A DNA stretch of 64,000 bases. Origin: Pecten maximus (Eukaryota). Below the pieces are notes generated by a model that made no database searches, had not been told where the DNA came from, and was given only the letters and a program-made list of their open reading frames with translations. The DNA is taken from positions 16,058,001-16,122,000 of the forward strand of contig NC_047015.1 of NCBI RefSeq assembly GCF_902652985.1, written 5' to 3'. The position numbers and the translations under genes are program-made. Positions 27,530 through 40,161 of the stretch are shown here, one piece after another. Position 1 is the first letter of the stretch; each line of letters opens with the position of its first letter.

Positions 27530-28676
27530 AGGGATAGGATACTGATAGTTTATAGATAGGATACTGATATTTTATATGGGATAGGATACTGATATTTTAT
27601 ATGGGATAGGATACTGATATTTTATATGAGATGGGATACTGATATTTTATATGGGATAGGATACTGATATTTATATGAGATAGGTTACTGTTATTTTATA
27701 TGAGATAGGTTACTGATATTTTATATGGGAGAGGATACTGATAGTTTATAGATAGGATACTGATAGTTTATAGATAGGATACTGATATTTTATATGGGAT
27801 AGGATACTGATATTTTATATGGGATAGGATACTGATAGTTTATATGAGATAGGTTACTGATATTTTATATGGGATAGGATACTGATATTTTATAGGAGAT
27901 AGGATACTGATATTATATATGGGATAGGATACTGATATATATATGGGATAGGATACTGATATTTTATATGGGATAGGATACTGATATTTTATATGGGATA
28001 GGATACTGATATTTTATATGAGATAGGTTACTGATATTTTATATGGGATAGGATACTGATAGTTTATAGATAGGATACTGATATTTTATATGGGATAGGA
28101 TACTGATATTTTATATGGGATAGGATACTGATATTTTATATGGGATAGGATACTGATAGTTTATAGATAGGATACTGATATTTTATATGGGATAGGATAC
28201 TGATATTTTATATTGGATAGGATACTGATATTTTATATGGGATAGGATACTGATAGTTTATAGATAGGATACTGATATTTTATATGGGATAGGATACTGA
28301 TATTTTATATGAGATAGGATACTGATATTTTATATGGGATAGGATACTGATATTTTATATGGGATAGGATACTGATATTTTATATGGGATAGGATACTGA
28401 TATTTTATATGGGATAGGATACTGATATTTTATATGAGATAGGTTACTGATATTTTATATGAGATAGGTTACTGATATTTGATATGGGATATGATACTGA
28501 TATTTTATATGGGATATGATACTGATATTTTATATGGGATAGGATACTGATATTTTATATGGGATAGGATACTGATATTTTATATGGGATAGGATACTGA
28601 TAGTTTATAGATAGGATACTGATGTTTTATATGGGATGGGATACTGATATTTTATATGGGATGGGATACTGATATT
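27530..28676 (+). repeat. 25-bp minisatellite with a 23-bp variant, ~46 copies
   Basis: Unit GGGATAGGATACTGATATTTTATAT. Confidence 0.97.
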
Positions 28677-28709
28677 TACATGAAGTTCTGTTGGGATCAA
28701 ACTATCAAT

Positions 28710-29069
28710 TGGTGCTACAATGATACGCTTCTCTCATGATATGATACGTATCGTGATACAGGATTCTTGACAGTAGCAACCAGCTCATGGAATGATCAAA
28801 TGGACTTAGCCTCATCATAAAATCGTATTTTCCTCCGACATTTTTGATTCTGAAATGTTTTTAAATCAATTAAAACCATCAGTTTCAGTTACATGGAAGC
28901 AGAAAAGTGTCTATATATGCGATTTAAATGAGGGATACTAATTAGCGCGTAGAAAATCAGAAACGGCCTGAAATGTGAGCGTACCGTGATGTGAGAAATA
29001 AATGTCATCAACAGAACCGTGCCATTTATACCGGGATATATTGTACCATGGTTTACCATTGCAGCACTG
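28710..29069. mobile_element. hAT-type non-autonomous element (MITE), 360 bp
   Basis: Exact 8-bp TSD CTATCAAT (28702-09 and 29070-77). Imperfect TIRs: TGGTGCTACAATGATA vs reverse complement CAGTGCTGCAATGGTA. Subterminal GATACG/GTACCG repeats. Confidence 0.8.
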
Positions 29070-30676
29070 CTATCAATTGCTGCGTAATCAAAGAACTTTT
29101 GACATGTTTGAATTTTGGAACATGTTTTACATTGTCTCCTTTGGTATATTTTTGGACTGGAATACTTTTATATAAATCTTGTTGACAGACACACTTGATT
29201 TACACATTGGCAATAAAATCTAGGATTTGACACCTGATGACTGTTAACTGGTGCTGTGGAATACCTGGAGTACATGTACATGATCAGCTTTATCTGTTTG
29301 TGGGGGCACTTTGAAGGAAAGGGCTAACACTCATGCCTTATCTATAACTGTCTCTGGTAATGTAACTGTAGGGAACTTATCTAAATCTGTTTAGAATGAG
29401 CCCTACAAGTAACAGTCACAGGTTAAGATGCAATATATACTACCTTGCTTATCAGGGATCAAAAGGCTATCTAAATTCAAATATTTACCTGTTTTTCAGC
29501 CCAATGTTTAATACAGGTTTAATGCAGATATATAAATAGTTAGGTATGAAATATGTGAAGTACAAGATACAATCTGTTAAAATAGCTTATATGATGATAG
29601 AAAAAGTGAGAAAAATAATGTAACTCCCTTACAGGAGAAATGTTTCGGAGAACTTGGTCAAAAAGATTGTTTGATCATGGATCTTTGTAGGAAATAGCAT
29701 AATTATGACATGTAGTTTGATTTGTAAATCATTTTGTTAATACCAGTTTCTGAGGAAGTTGATCTAGATTATCAATTTATAAATTTTATGCAAATTTGAA
29801 TGTTTTTTTCATATAAGCACTTACAGAATCGGTATTTTTCTTGCTGGAACGTGTCTGTGGACACTTGGTACAAACCGACACATACATGTATGAATTTTGT
29901 GCTCATACATTAGGCCTGCTATGCAGTATTAATGGTAAGCAAAAGGGGCTATGTTTATTTATATATAGATAAACTGGATTGTCTACTCTATAGTATTTTA
30001 TTGTAACTTTATAAGGTTTATATTCTAGTGAACCAACGAATGTAAGTTTTGTCATTGTTGTCTGTCAAGGTTAGTCAAAAATCTACATTACATCAATATT
30101 CCTCCCAGTATTATAACAAACGTTTCTGCTCTACCATTGAAAGTGTCACAGATAATTTATGCATAATTTAAAGTCATAGGATCCATAATATTCATGGTTG
30201 AAAATAATGCCCGATTTTAGGAAAAATGATCTGGTTGAATAAATGAATAAAAATATACCTTACAGTTATATATTTTCACTGACAATTATCATATATATAT
30301 ATAAGTGATGGGATATTGACAATAGTTTTTAACCAAATGAAAATTGCAGCTAATTAATTATACATCATTGATATCCCAGAAGCCTAAACACCGACCTAAA
30401 ATTGCTAGCTAAAAATGAATAAATTGAGAGGAGACCATGAGTGTAATTTACAGTAAAATGTGCTTTATACAAATATGATTACTGCTTGTTGTGAAATGAT
30501 GAATATCTGGGTTAACATTTTCACTTAACTTATGTTTTGTTCAGAAACAAGTAATTATCTGCTAAAATTTTCAACTGACAAATATACATGCAAAACAGTG
30601 TTTGTTCATTTCTTAATGGAAGATACCGAGGTTATGTGATTTCTCCAATGCTTAGATGTTAACACATTGTATATGG

Positions 30677-32633
30677 CCTCCTGATACTGGCCCTAAAGAC
30701 CATTCCGTGTAATCCCGATACTGGCCCTAAAGACCATTCCGTGTACCTCCCGATACTGGCCCTAAAGACCATTCCGTGTGCCTCCCGATACTGGCCCTAA
30801 AGGCCATTCTGTGTGCCTCCCGATACTGGCCCTAAAGACCATTCCGTGTACCTCCCGATACTGGCCCTAAAGACCATTCTGTGTGCCTCCCGATACAGGC
30901 CCTAAAGACCATTCCGTGTACCTCCCGATACTGGCCCTAAAGACCATTCCGTGTAACTCCCGATACAGGCCCTAAAGACCATTCCGTGTGCCTCCCGATA
31001 CAGGCCCTAAAGACCATTCGTGTGCCTCCCGATACTGGCCCTAAAGACCATACCGTGTGCCTCCCGATACTGGCCCTAAAGACCATTCCGTGTGCCTCCC
31101 GATACTGGCCCTAAAGACCATTCCGTTTACCTCCCGATACTGGCCCTAAAGACCATTCCGTGTGCCTCCCGATACTGGCCCTAAAGACCATTCCGTGTGC
31201 CTCCCGATACAGGCCCTAAAGACCATTCCGTGTACCTCCCGATACTGGCCCTAAAGACCATTCCGTGTGCCTCCCGATACTGGCCCTAAAGACCATTCCG
31301 TGTACCTCCCGATACTGGCCCTAAAGACCATTCTGTGTGCCTCCCGATACTGGCCATAAAGACCATTCCGTGTGCCTCCCGATACAGGCCCTAAAGACCA
31401 TTCCGTGTACCTCCCGATACTGGCCCTAAAGACCATTCCGTGTACCTCCCGATACTGGCCCTAAAGACCATTCCGTGTGCCTCCCGATACTGGCCCTAAA
31501 GACCATTCCGTGTACCTCCCGATACTGGCCCTAAAGACCATTCCGTGTACCTCCCGATACAGGCCCTAAAGACCATTCCGTGTACCTCCCGATACTGGCC
31601 CTAAAGACCATTCCGTGTACCTCCCGATACTGGCCCTAAAGACCATTCCGTGTACCTCCCGATACTGGCCCTAAAGACCATTCCGTGTACCTCCCGATAC
31701 TGGCCCTAAAGACCATTCCGTGTGCCTCCCGATACTGGCCCTAAAGACCATTCCGTGTGCCTCCCGATACTGGCCCTAAAGACCATTCCGTGTACCTCCC
31801 GATACTCGCCCTAAAGACCATTTCGTGTACCTCCCGATACAGGCCCTAAAGACCATTCCGTGTACCTCCCGATACTCGCCCTAAAGACCATTCCGTGTAC
31901 CTCCCGATACTGGCCCTAAAGACCATTCCGTGTACCTCCCGATACTGGCCCTAAAGACCATTCCGTGTACCTCCCGATACAGGCCCTAAAGACCATTCCG
32001 TGTGCCTCCCGATACAGGCCCTAAAGACCATTCCGTGTACCTCCCGATACAGGCCCTAAAGACCATTCCGTGTACCTCCCGATACTGGCCCTAAAGACCA
32101 TTCCGTGTACCTCCCGATACTGGCCCTAAAGACCATTCCGTGTGCCTCCCGATACTGGCCCTAAAGACCATTCCGTGTACCTCCCGATACTCGCCCTAAA
32201 GACCATTTCGTGTACCTCCCGATACAGGCCCTAAAGACCATTCCGTGTACCTCCCGATACTCGCCCTAAAGACCATTCCGTGTACCTCCCGATACTGGCC
32301 CTAAAGACCATTCCGTGTACCTCCCGATACTGGCCCTAAAGACCATTCCGTGTACCTCCCGATACAGGCCCTAAAGACCATTCCGTGTGCCTCCCGATAC
32401 AGGCCCTAAAGACCATTCCGTGTACCTCCCGATACAGGCCCTAAAGACCATTCCGTGTACCTCCCGATACAGGCCCTAAAGACCATTCCGTGTACCTCCC
32501 GATACAGGCCCTAAAGACCATTCCGTGTGCCTCCTGATACAGGCCCTAAAGACCATTTCGTGTACCTCCCGATACAGGCCCTAAAGACCATTCTGTGTAC
32601 CTCCCGATACTGGCCCTAAAGACCATTCTGTGT
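30677..32633 (+). repeat. 35-bp minisatellite, ~56 copies
   Basis: Unit CCTCCCGATAC(T/A)GGCCCTAAAGACCATTCCGTGT(A/G). Confidence 0.98.
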
Positions 32634-32967
32634 GGAAGTGCCATTAAGAGTATTATAATAATATGGCCCCAAAACTATTTAAATCAATCAGGTCTGTATG
32701 AAGTTTATGAATTCAAAATGATAAAAAACACTAATTACATATCTGTAAACAAGTTTAAACACAGGATATATAAGATATTAGGTTATTGTTTTAATTGATA
32801 TTGCCATACAATGTGTAATGCAAGAATACATGAAACTTAATCTTACCTTGAAATTACACAAAAAATCTGAGTTTCGTCTGTTAAAAATTGGTAGGTTATT
32901 ATTATTGGTACAACACTGTCTCCTACATGTGAACTCGAAATAACCAGATAAGACCTTTAGTAATGGC

Positions 32968-33922
32968 ACATGTTGATTATTCATACGTTCACATGTTGAT
33001 TATTCATACGTTCACATGTTGAATATACATACGTCCACATGTTGATTATACATACATCCACATGTTGATTATACATACATCCACATGTTGATTATACATA
33101 CATCCACATGTTGATTATACATACATCCACATGTTGATTATACATACGTCCACATGTTGATTATACATACGTCCACATGTTGATTATACATACATCCACA
33201 TGTTGATTATACATACATGCACATGTTGATTATACATACGTCCACATGTTGATTATACATACATCCACATGTTGATTATACATACGTCCACTTGTCGATT
33301 AAACATGCGTCCAGTTGTCGATTAAACATGCGTTCACATGTTGAATATATATACGTCCACATGTTGATTATACATGCGTCCACATGTTGATTATACATAC
33401 GTCCATATGTTGGTTATACATACGTCCACATGTTGATTATACATACGTTCACATGTTGATTATACATACGTCCATATGTTGGTTATACATACGTCCACAT
33501 GTTGATTATACATACGTCCACATGTTGATTATACATACGTCCACTTGTTGATTATACATACATCCACATGTTGATTATACATACGTCCACATGTTGATTA
33601 TACATACATCCACATGTTGAATATATATACGTCCACATGTTGATTATACATACGTCCACATGTTGATTATACATACGTCCACTTGTTGATTATACATACG
33701 TCCACATGTTGAATATATATATGTCCACTTGTTGATTATACATACGTCCACATGTTGAATATATATACGTCCACATGTTGATTATACATACGTCCACATG
33801 TTGATTATACATACGTCCACTTGTTGATTATACATACGTCCACATGTTGAATATATATATGTCCACATGTTGATTATACATACATCCACATGTTGATTAT
33901 ACATACGTCCACATGTTGATTA
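32968..33922 (+). repeat. 23-bp minisatellite, ~41 copies
   Basis: Unit CACATGTTGATTATACATAC(G/A)TC. Confidence 0.97.
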
Positions 33923-35376
33923 GAACAAATCAGTCAGTATTTAAATGGAAATTTAGAAAAAAATGCAGTTGATTAACGTTTTAGTTTACTCTTTGTCAGT
34001 GTTTTGAGACTCCTATCAATCACATGATTCCTGTTTCCTCAGAATCACCTATGCTGTGATTTGGGATAGGATAAGATTGTGTAAAATTGAAAAAGTATAT
34101 ACCGGTGAGTTTCTTTGCAATTTCAAATTCTGGAATATTAACCACAAGTAGTGAGGGTGTAATTGTTATTTTTATGCTTGCCTCAATAATGTCATTGCAT
34201 AATCCATTGCATGAGTTGTGATGTTTCTCGTTTAAATAAAAGGTTGCATACAGAAGTTAGTTGAGGAGAAAATCTCAGATTTTTGAATTAGAGTTGTTCC
34301 CCTTGTGATGCTCCTCTCAGCCTCAACAGTTTTAAGCTTTAGTACAGTACCAATAATATGAATTTGGTTGAAATTGATTCATGGCTGATATAAATACACG
34401 GATGACATGATGATATCTTTGGAAAATTTTGGATAGTTCATCATATAAATATTTTGTGTATTGATTTTCATCAGAATGTGAAATTTATGCGGTTTTTAGC
34501 TGGTTTTCCAAGATATTTGGATTAAATTTCAAATCACTTAAAACAGTACAGATATTATCAGTGACCCTCATGTATACATGCAATACTAGATGGTGTAAAG
34601 ATGTGAATAATACATAGAGGATCTACTCCCTACGGTCAGGGTATGACTGCACTCTCTTAGATAATCTGGCACATATGTACATTGATGTTTTCATCCTAGC
34701 TGCTGAATTTCTCAACCAGATATTCAAGCGATCTCTACATGAGTACTTGTAGGTTTAATTTTGGGAACAAAATATGTGTTTGTGTGTGGGCTACAATTTT
34801 ATCGTGAATGGTCATGCTTTAGTCGATAATAAAGGAGAAATTAAAAAAAAATTAACAAATTTTTGTACAATTGGTATCTCGAGAATTTTAAACTGTATAA
34901 CTTGATTTCAAATTACTTTGTTAATTTCTTTCTATGTTCTAATTGAAACAGTACAAAATTGATATTCTGACCTTTTAAAAGACTCAAGTATTGTAAAAAG
35001 AACTTAAAGTTTAATCATTACTTGGTATAATTAAACTTCATTTGAAAGGCAGTTTAGCGGAGAAGTTTTTTCTGCAGATTTGATCATGGTATGTTATTGT
35101 TCCCCCAAGCTGATTCGTAGGTTAATGGCGAGTCAAGTAAGGCAGAGCAATATGACAATAAAACCTACATTGGTATGTTGGCAGTATTCTCATACTAGGA
35201 GACTAGTACCCAATAAACAATGATGCATCATTACCAGCTGTTGGAAAGATAAGGAAACAATATACCTCATCGATGATTTTAGTTTTAGGGGTAAACTGTC
35301 ATTTCTGCTTTAATCTTCACCATATTATGAATTAATGCTAAAATTCACACATCATTGAAAAAGAATACCAAAACAA

Positions 35377-35601
35377 TTTTTATGCCCTCGCCATGAAATG
35401 GAGGTGGGGTAGGGGTGGGGTGGGGGGGGGGGGGGGGGGGGGCATATAGTGTGACCCATGTCGGTCACGTCGCGTTGTGTCGTATACAACATTATTATAG
35501 CTAGTTAATATATCATGAACTGCTGATGCAATCCTCACCAAACTGTGTTTTGAAGTGTCAAGTGGCAGCGGAGACATTTATGTCTTACATACTTTTCTAG
35601 T
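35377..35601 (+). mobile_element. Internally deleted HINE-like element with a poly-G expansion in the 5' hairpin
   Basis: TTTTTATGCCC..GGGCATA inverted pair around the G-run, decayed GTC(C/G) repeats, and a 3' end GCGGAGACAT..TTCTAGT. Confidence 0.45.
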
Positions 35602-37861
35602 CTAAATACTTACTTAAAAGAATTAATGAAAATTTGTTACGTTTTGTTTGTAAATGAAATTGTGTTAATCCAGATGTTTTTGTGGTACAAGAATCTTTTT
35701 TTAACATTTAATATTTGAAATAGCTAATATAAGCTTTGAGAATCTAGTATTTTGTGTAAAAGTAAAGTAAAAATACCATTTGATACACAAACTGAATGTG
35801 GCATTGTTGTCTCACTGGCCAACCTTTAACAGTCGGAGGTGACACTATGTAGGTACTAGTCCAAACAACAGTATCACCAATGACAAACTTGACTATGTCA
35901 GGTCCAGATTTGTTTTCATTTTAAAGCCATGCTATTACAGTGTGGCATTGTTTAGATGGCCATGATATGTTGATATAGCTAGGTATTTAGTGTAGTGAGC
36001 CCAGTGAAGGGTATGTTTGTATATGGAGTTGGTAATATATGTGGTGTTGAGTCAATGGTGTATTTGTTTTAGGTAAAGTGTTTGTTTACAAAGGCGTGGA
36101 TTGTATGCTGGTGTGCTAGCTACAACCCCACACACTCCAGATGAAATACCTGATTGTGAATTTGGTTGGTCAGAGAGTTTCATTGTCGTTAAATGTTTCT
36201 TTTTTGGCAATTTAAAAATATATATGTTCAGAATTTTGTTTGTCAGCTACAAAAGAAAATCACAATTTCATGTAATATAATTATATTATAGCTAGAAATT
36301 TAAGGTTGTCACACACCATTAAGACATTTTCCATAACATAAGACAGACATACACACTTTCTATGTGAGGCAGGGATAATAAAACATATGCTAAGCACTGC
36401 TGGCTCTGTTTAAATGCCAAGTCATATTGAACAGGATCAAACTGCTTACAGGACACACACGCTCCATCAGGACTAGGGAGGACAAGAGATTGACCCTGCC
36501 TGATAAGGATTTGGCCACTTAACATGTAGACTTATCACAATAAAACAAGGATTTGAATGTTATAGCTTGTCCCCTGACTTAGCTCTCAAGGGCTGGGAAC
36601 AGGCTCTTTTGGGGTTTGACATTTTCTTATGACAAATATGACTCACAAACTTGTATGAAAAGAGGTAAAGGAAATGCACAATTTGTGGCAATGAATAGTA
36701 AGATTGAAATTTGACACAGACCTTGTTCTACAATGAAAAGAATATTAAGGGGTTTGTTTTAAACTTCCTATAATAGGAATTTTTCATGCCAGGGTTTTAT
36801 ATTTCTAAGTGTCAGTGATATTGCCTGCTTCCTATAACTAATGTGACTATGTATGGACTGAAGTTGGTTAGCTTAAAGGCACTTTAGATTGACTCTGCAA
36901 GTATCCCAGAAATTCTGTAATGTTGTGGCGTTATATGAAAATATTTTAAAACTGTTTACCAGCACAATCATAATTTTATATAGTAAATACTCATCAATTT
37001 TGATTATAATTGAACTGAGGTTTTAGACATTCGGCTATATAGAGCTTAAAAAATGAGCTGATATCTTGAACCAATTAAACTATATAAAGCTTTAACATTA
37101 GTATTGAGATATTCCACATTAGTATTGAGATATTCTCATTATTTGCTCCAAGAAACAGATTCCATAGCTTCAGATGCTGGCATTGATGGAAGGGAGGTAA
37201 CTGTAACTTAAAATTCTTTTTGGTAATGTAGCAAAAATAATCCATAAAGAAATAGACATAACGGTAGCTACCCTAGCTACCAGTGTACATTAACTTTCTG
37301 TTAGTTTCTAAAGGAATGTGCATTGTAAGTTGAAGAACCCATCTCCGATAACATACCGATTATTTACGGTCTAATGAATGACACTTCCTAGAGGATGGCT
37401 GGGGACACCTGATCCTGGTGTTGTATGGGGCTAGAAATCAGAGACACAATCAGAGGTTTTAAAAGTTGATTTTATCTCTATAACAATCAGGTAATGGGGA
37501 AATAACGTATACCGTATTTATCAGAGGTATGTCCTTGTTTGGAAAACAACATGCGTATTTTGTAGATATGCTGAAATGAAATTGATAGACAATAGCTTAA
37601 TTAATAATATAAATTGTCCCTGAAATATGCATTGTACTCCTTAAAGTGAAACAGTAAGATCATGATTTAGTTTCCATGGAGATATTTTTGCCTTGAATAA
37701 CAAGCTTATTTCTCAACATTTGTTGTTTCTGTAACAGAATATATCAATCAATAATCTGCACTGTTACCAGCTACAGTCACTGAAACAAAGCGCTGGACAG
37801 CTTATACGCCATAGGCGATGTGCTAGGATGTGGTGTTTCTGGAGTTCAAAAGTAAATATAA

Positions 37862-38730
37862 ATATACCAGGGAGTTTATGGAAGGACGAGAGGGAACAGT
37901 AAGGATGAGTTTTAAGTAGTTTAGGAGATACCACAGGGAGTTTGGTAAGGAGGAGGGGAGAGGACAGTAATGATGAGGAGTTTTCAGTAGTATAAGATAC
38001 CACAGGGAGTTTGGTAAGGAGTAGGGAAGGGGACAGTAATGATGAGGAGTTTTCAGTAGTATAAGATACCACAGGGAGTTTGGTAAGGAGGAGGGAAGGG
38101 GACAGTAAGGATGAGGAGTTTTCAGTAGTATAAGATACCATAGGGAGTTTGGTAAGGAGGAGGGGAGGGGACAGTAAAGATGTGGAGTTTTCAGTAGTAT
38201 AAGATACCATAGGGAGTTTGGTAAGGAGGAGGGGAGGGGACAGTAAAGATGTGGAGTTTTCAGTGGTATAAGATACCACAGGGAGTTTGGTAAGGAGGAG
38301 GGAAGGGGACAGTAAGGATGAGGAGTTTTCAGTAGTATAAGATACCACAGGGAGTTTGGTAAGGAGGAGGGGAGAGGACAGTAATGATGAGGAGTTTTCA
38401 GTAGTATAAGATACCACAGGGAGTTTGGTAAGGAGGAGGGGAGAGGACAGTAAGGATGTGGAGTTTTCAGTAGTATAAGATACCACAGGGAGTTTGGTAA
38501 GGAGGAGGGGAGGGGACAGTAAGGTTGAGGAGTTTTCAGTAGTATAAGATACCACAGGGAGTTTGGTAAGGAGGAGGGGAGGGGACAGTAAGGTTGAGGA
38601 GTTTTCAGTAGTATAAGATACCATAGGGAGTTTGGTAAGGAGGAGGGGAGAGGACAGTAATGATGAGGAGTTTTCAGTAGTATAAGATACCACAGGGAGT
38701 TTGGTAAGGAGGAGGGGACAGTAAGGTTGA
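37862..38730 (+). repeat. 69-bp purine-rich minisatellite, ~12 copies
   Basis: Unit GATACCACAGGGAGTTTGGTAAGGAGGAGGGGAGAGGACAGTAA..GAGGAGTTTTCAGTAGTATAA; explains the 23-aa periodic ORF 37764-38693. Confidence 0.96.
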
Positions 38731-38757
38731 TTTAGTATGGAGGAGGGAAGGGGATAG

Positions 38758-39606
38758 TGATGTGAGAATATGGGTATCGTTAGGTGATGTGAGAATATGG
38801 GTATCGTAAGATGATGTGAGAATATGGGTATCGTAAGATGATGTGAGAATATGGGTATCGTTAGGTGATGTGAGAATATGGGTATCGTAAGATGATGTTA
38901 GAATATGGGTATCGTTAGGTGATGTGAGAATATGGGTATCGTAAGATGATGTTAGAATATGGGTATCGTTAGGTGATGTGAGAATATGGGTATCGTAAGA
39001 TGATGTGAGAATATGGGTATCGTAAGATGATGTGAGAATATGGGTATCGTTAGGTGATGTGAGAATATGGGTATCGTAAGGTGATGTGAGAATATGGGTA
39101 TCGTAAGATGATGTGAGAATATGGGTATTGTAAGGTGATGTGAGAAAATGGGCGTCATTAGGTGATGTGAGAATATGGGTATTGTAAGGTGATGTGAGAA
39201 TGTGGGTATCGTAAGGTGATGTGAGAATATGGGTATCGTTAGGTGATGTGAGAATATGGGTATCGTTAGGTGATGTGAGAATATGGGTATTGTAAGGTGA
39301 TGTGAGAATATGGGTATCGTAAGGTGATGTGAGAATATGGGTATCGTAAGGTGATGTGAGAATATGGGTATCGTTAGGTGATGTGAGAATATGGGTATTG
39401 TAAGGTGATGTGAGAATATGGGTATCGTAAGGTGATGTGAGAATATGGGTATCGTAAGGTGATGTGAGAATATGGGTATCGTAAGATGATGTGAGAATAT
39501 GGGTATCGTTAGGTGATGTGAGAATATGGGTATCGTAAGGTGATGTGAGAATATGGGTATTGTAAGGTGATGTGAGAATATGGGTATCGTAAGGTGATGT
39601 GAGAAC
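38758..39606 (+). repeat. 27-bp minisatellite, ~31 copies, abutting the 69-bp array
   Basis: Unit GATGTGAGAATATGGGTATCGTAAGGT; explains the 9-aa periodic ORFs. Confidence 0.97.
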
Positions 39607-40161
39607 ATTGGTATAAGAAACACAAATGTTAAGAATCTTTTTTAACAAGTTGACATGCATCACTGATGTAAAGTTAATTTTGTATTCAGCAGAAAAATGA
39701 GAACTATGTATGATATTTCCACTTTAACTGTGTCACCAACTCCTTATATATGTAATGTAATATGTTGGTGTCTTCCATGCGGTAAGGCTAGACAGGAGGT
39801 GAATATAAAGGGTTATCAGATGACTTGACTTGAATACTGTTTCTGAGTAGGTTATAATAGTATGATAAATAAGATACATTGGAATGATAATAAAGATATT
39901 GTTACAATATGTGAACTGAAAGGGGTTCACCACTGTACACATTTTCTTTATACACCAAGCAGGCTAGAACTCAGAGAGGTTATGTCTATAAAGATTTTTT
40001 TTTTAAACGTGTCTAAAAGTACCTTGCCTTCTATCACCTGTTTGATACATACAACAGTGTTTTTAAGTGACATAGATTAATCTGTCTTGTCCAATGAAAT
40101 AATTGTTGAAACCAACATGTGGGAAATTCTGAGGATTTCAAAAAGACCTGACATTTGGTAT

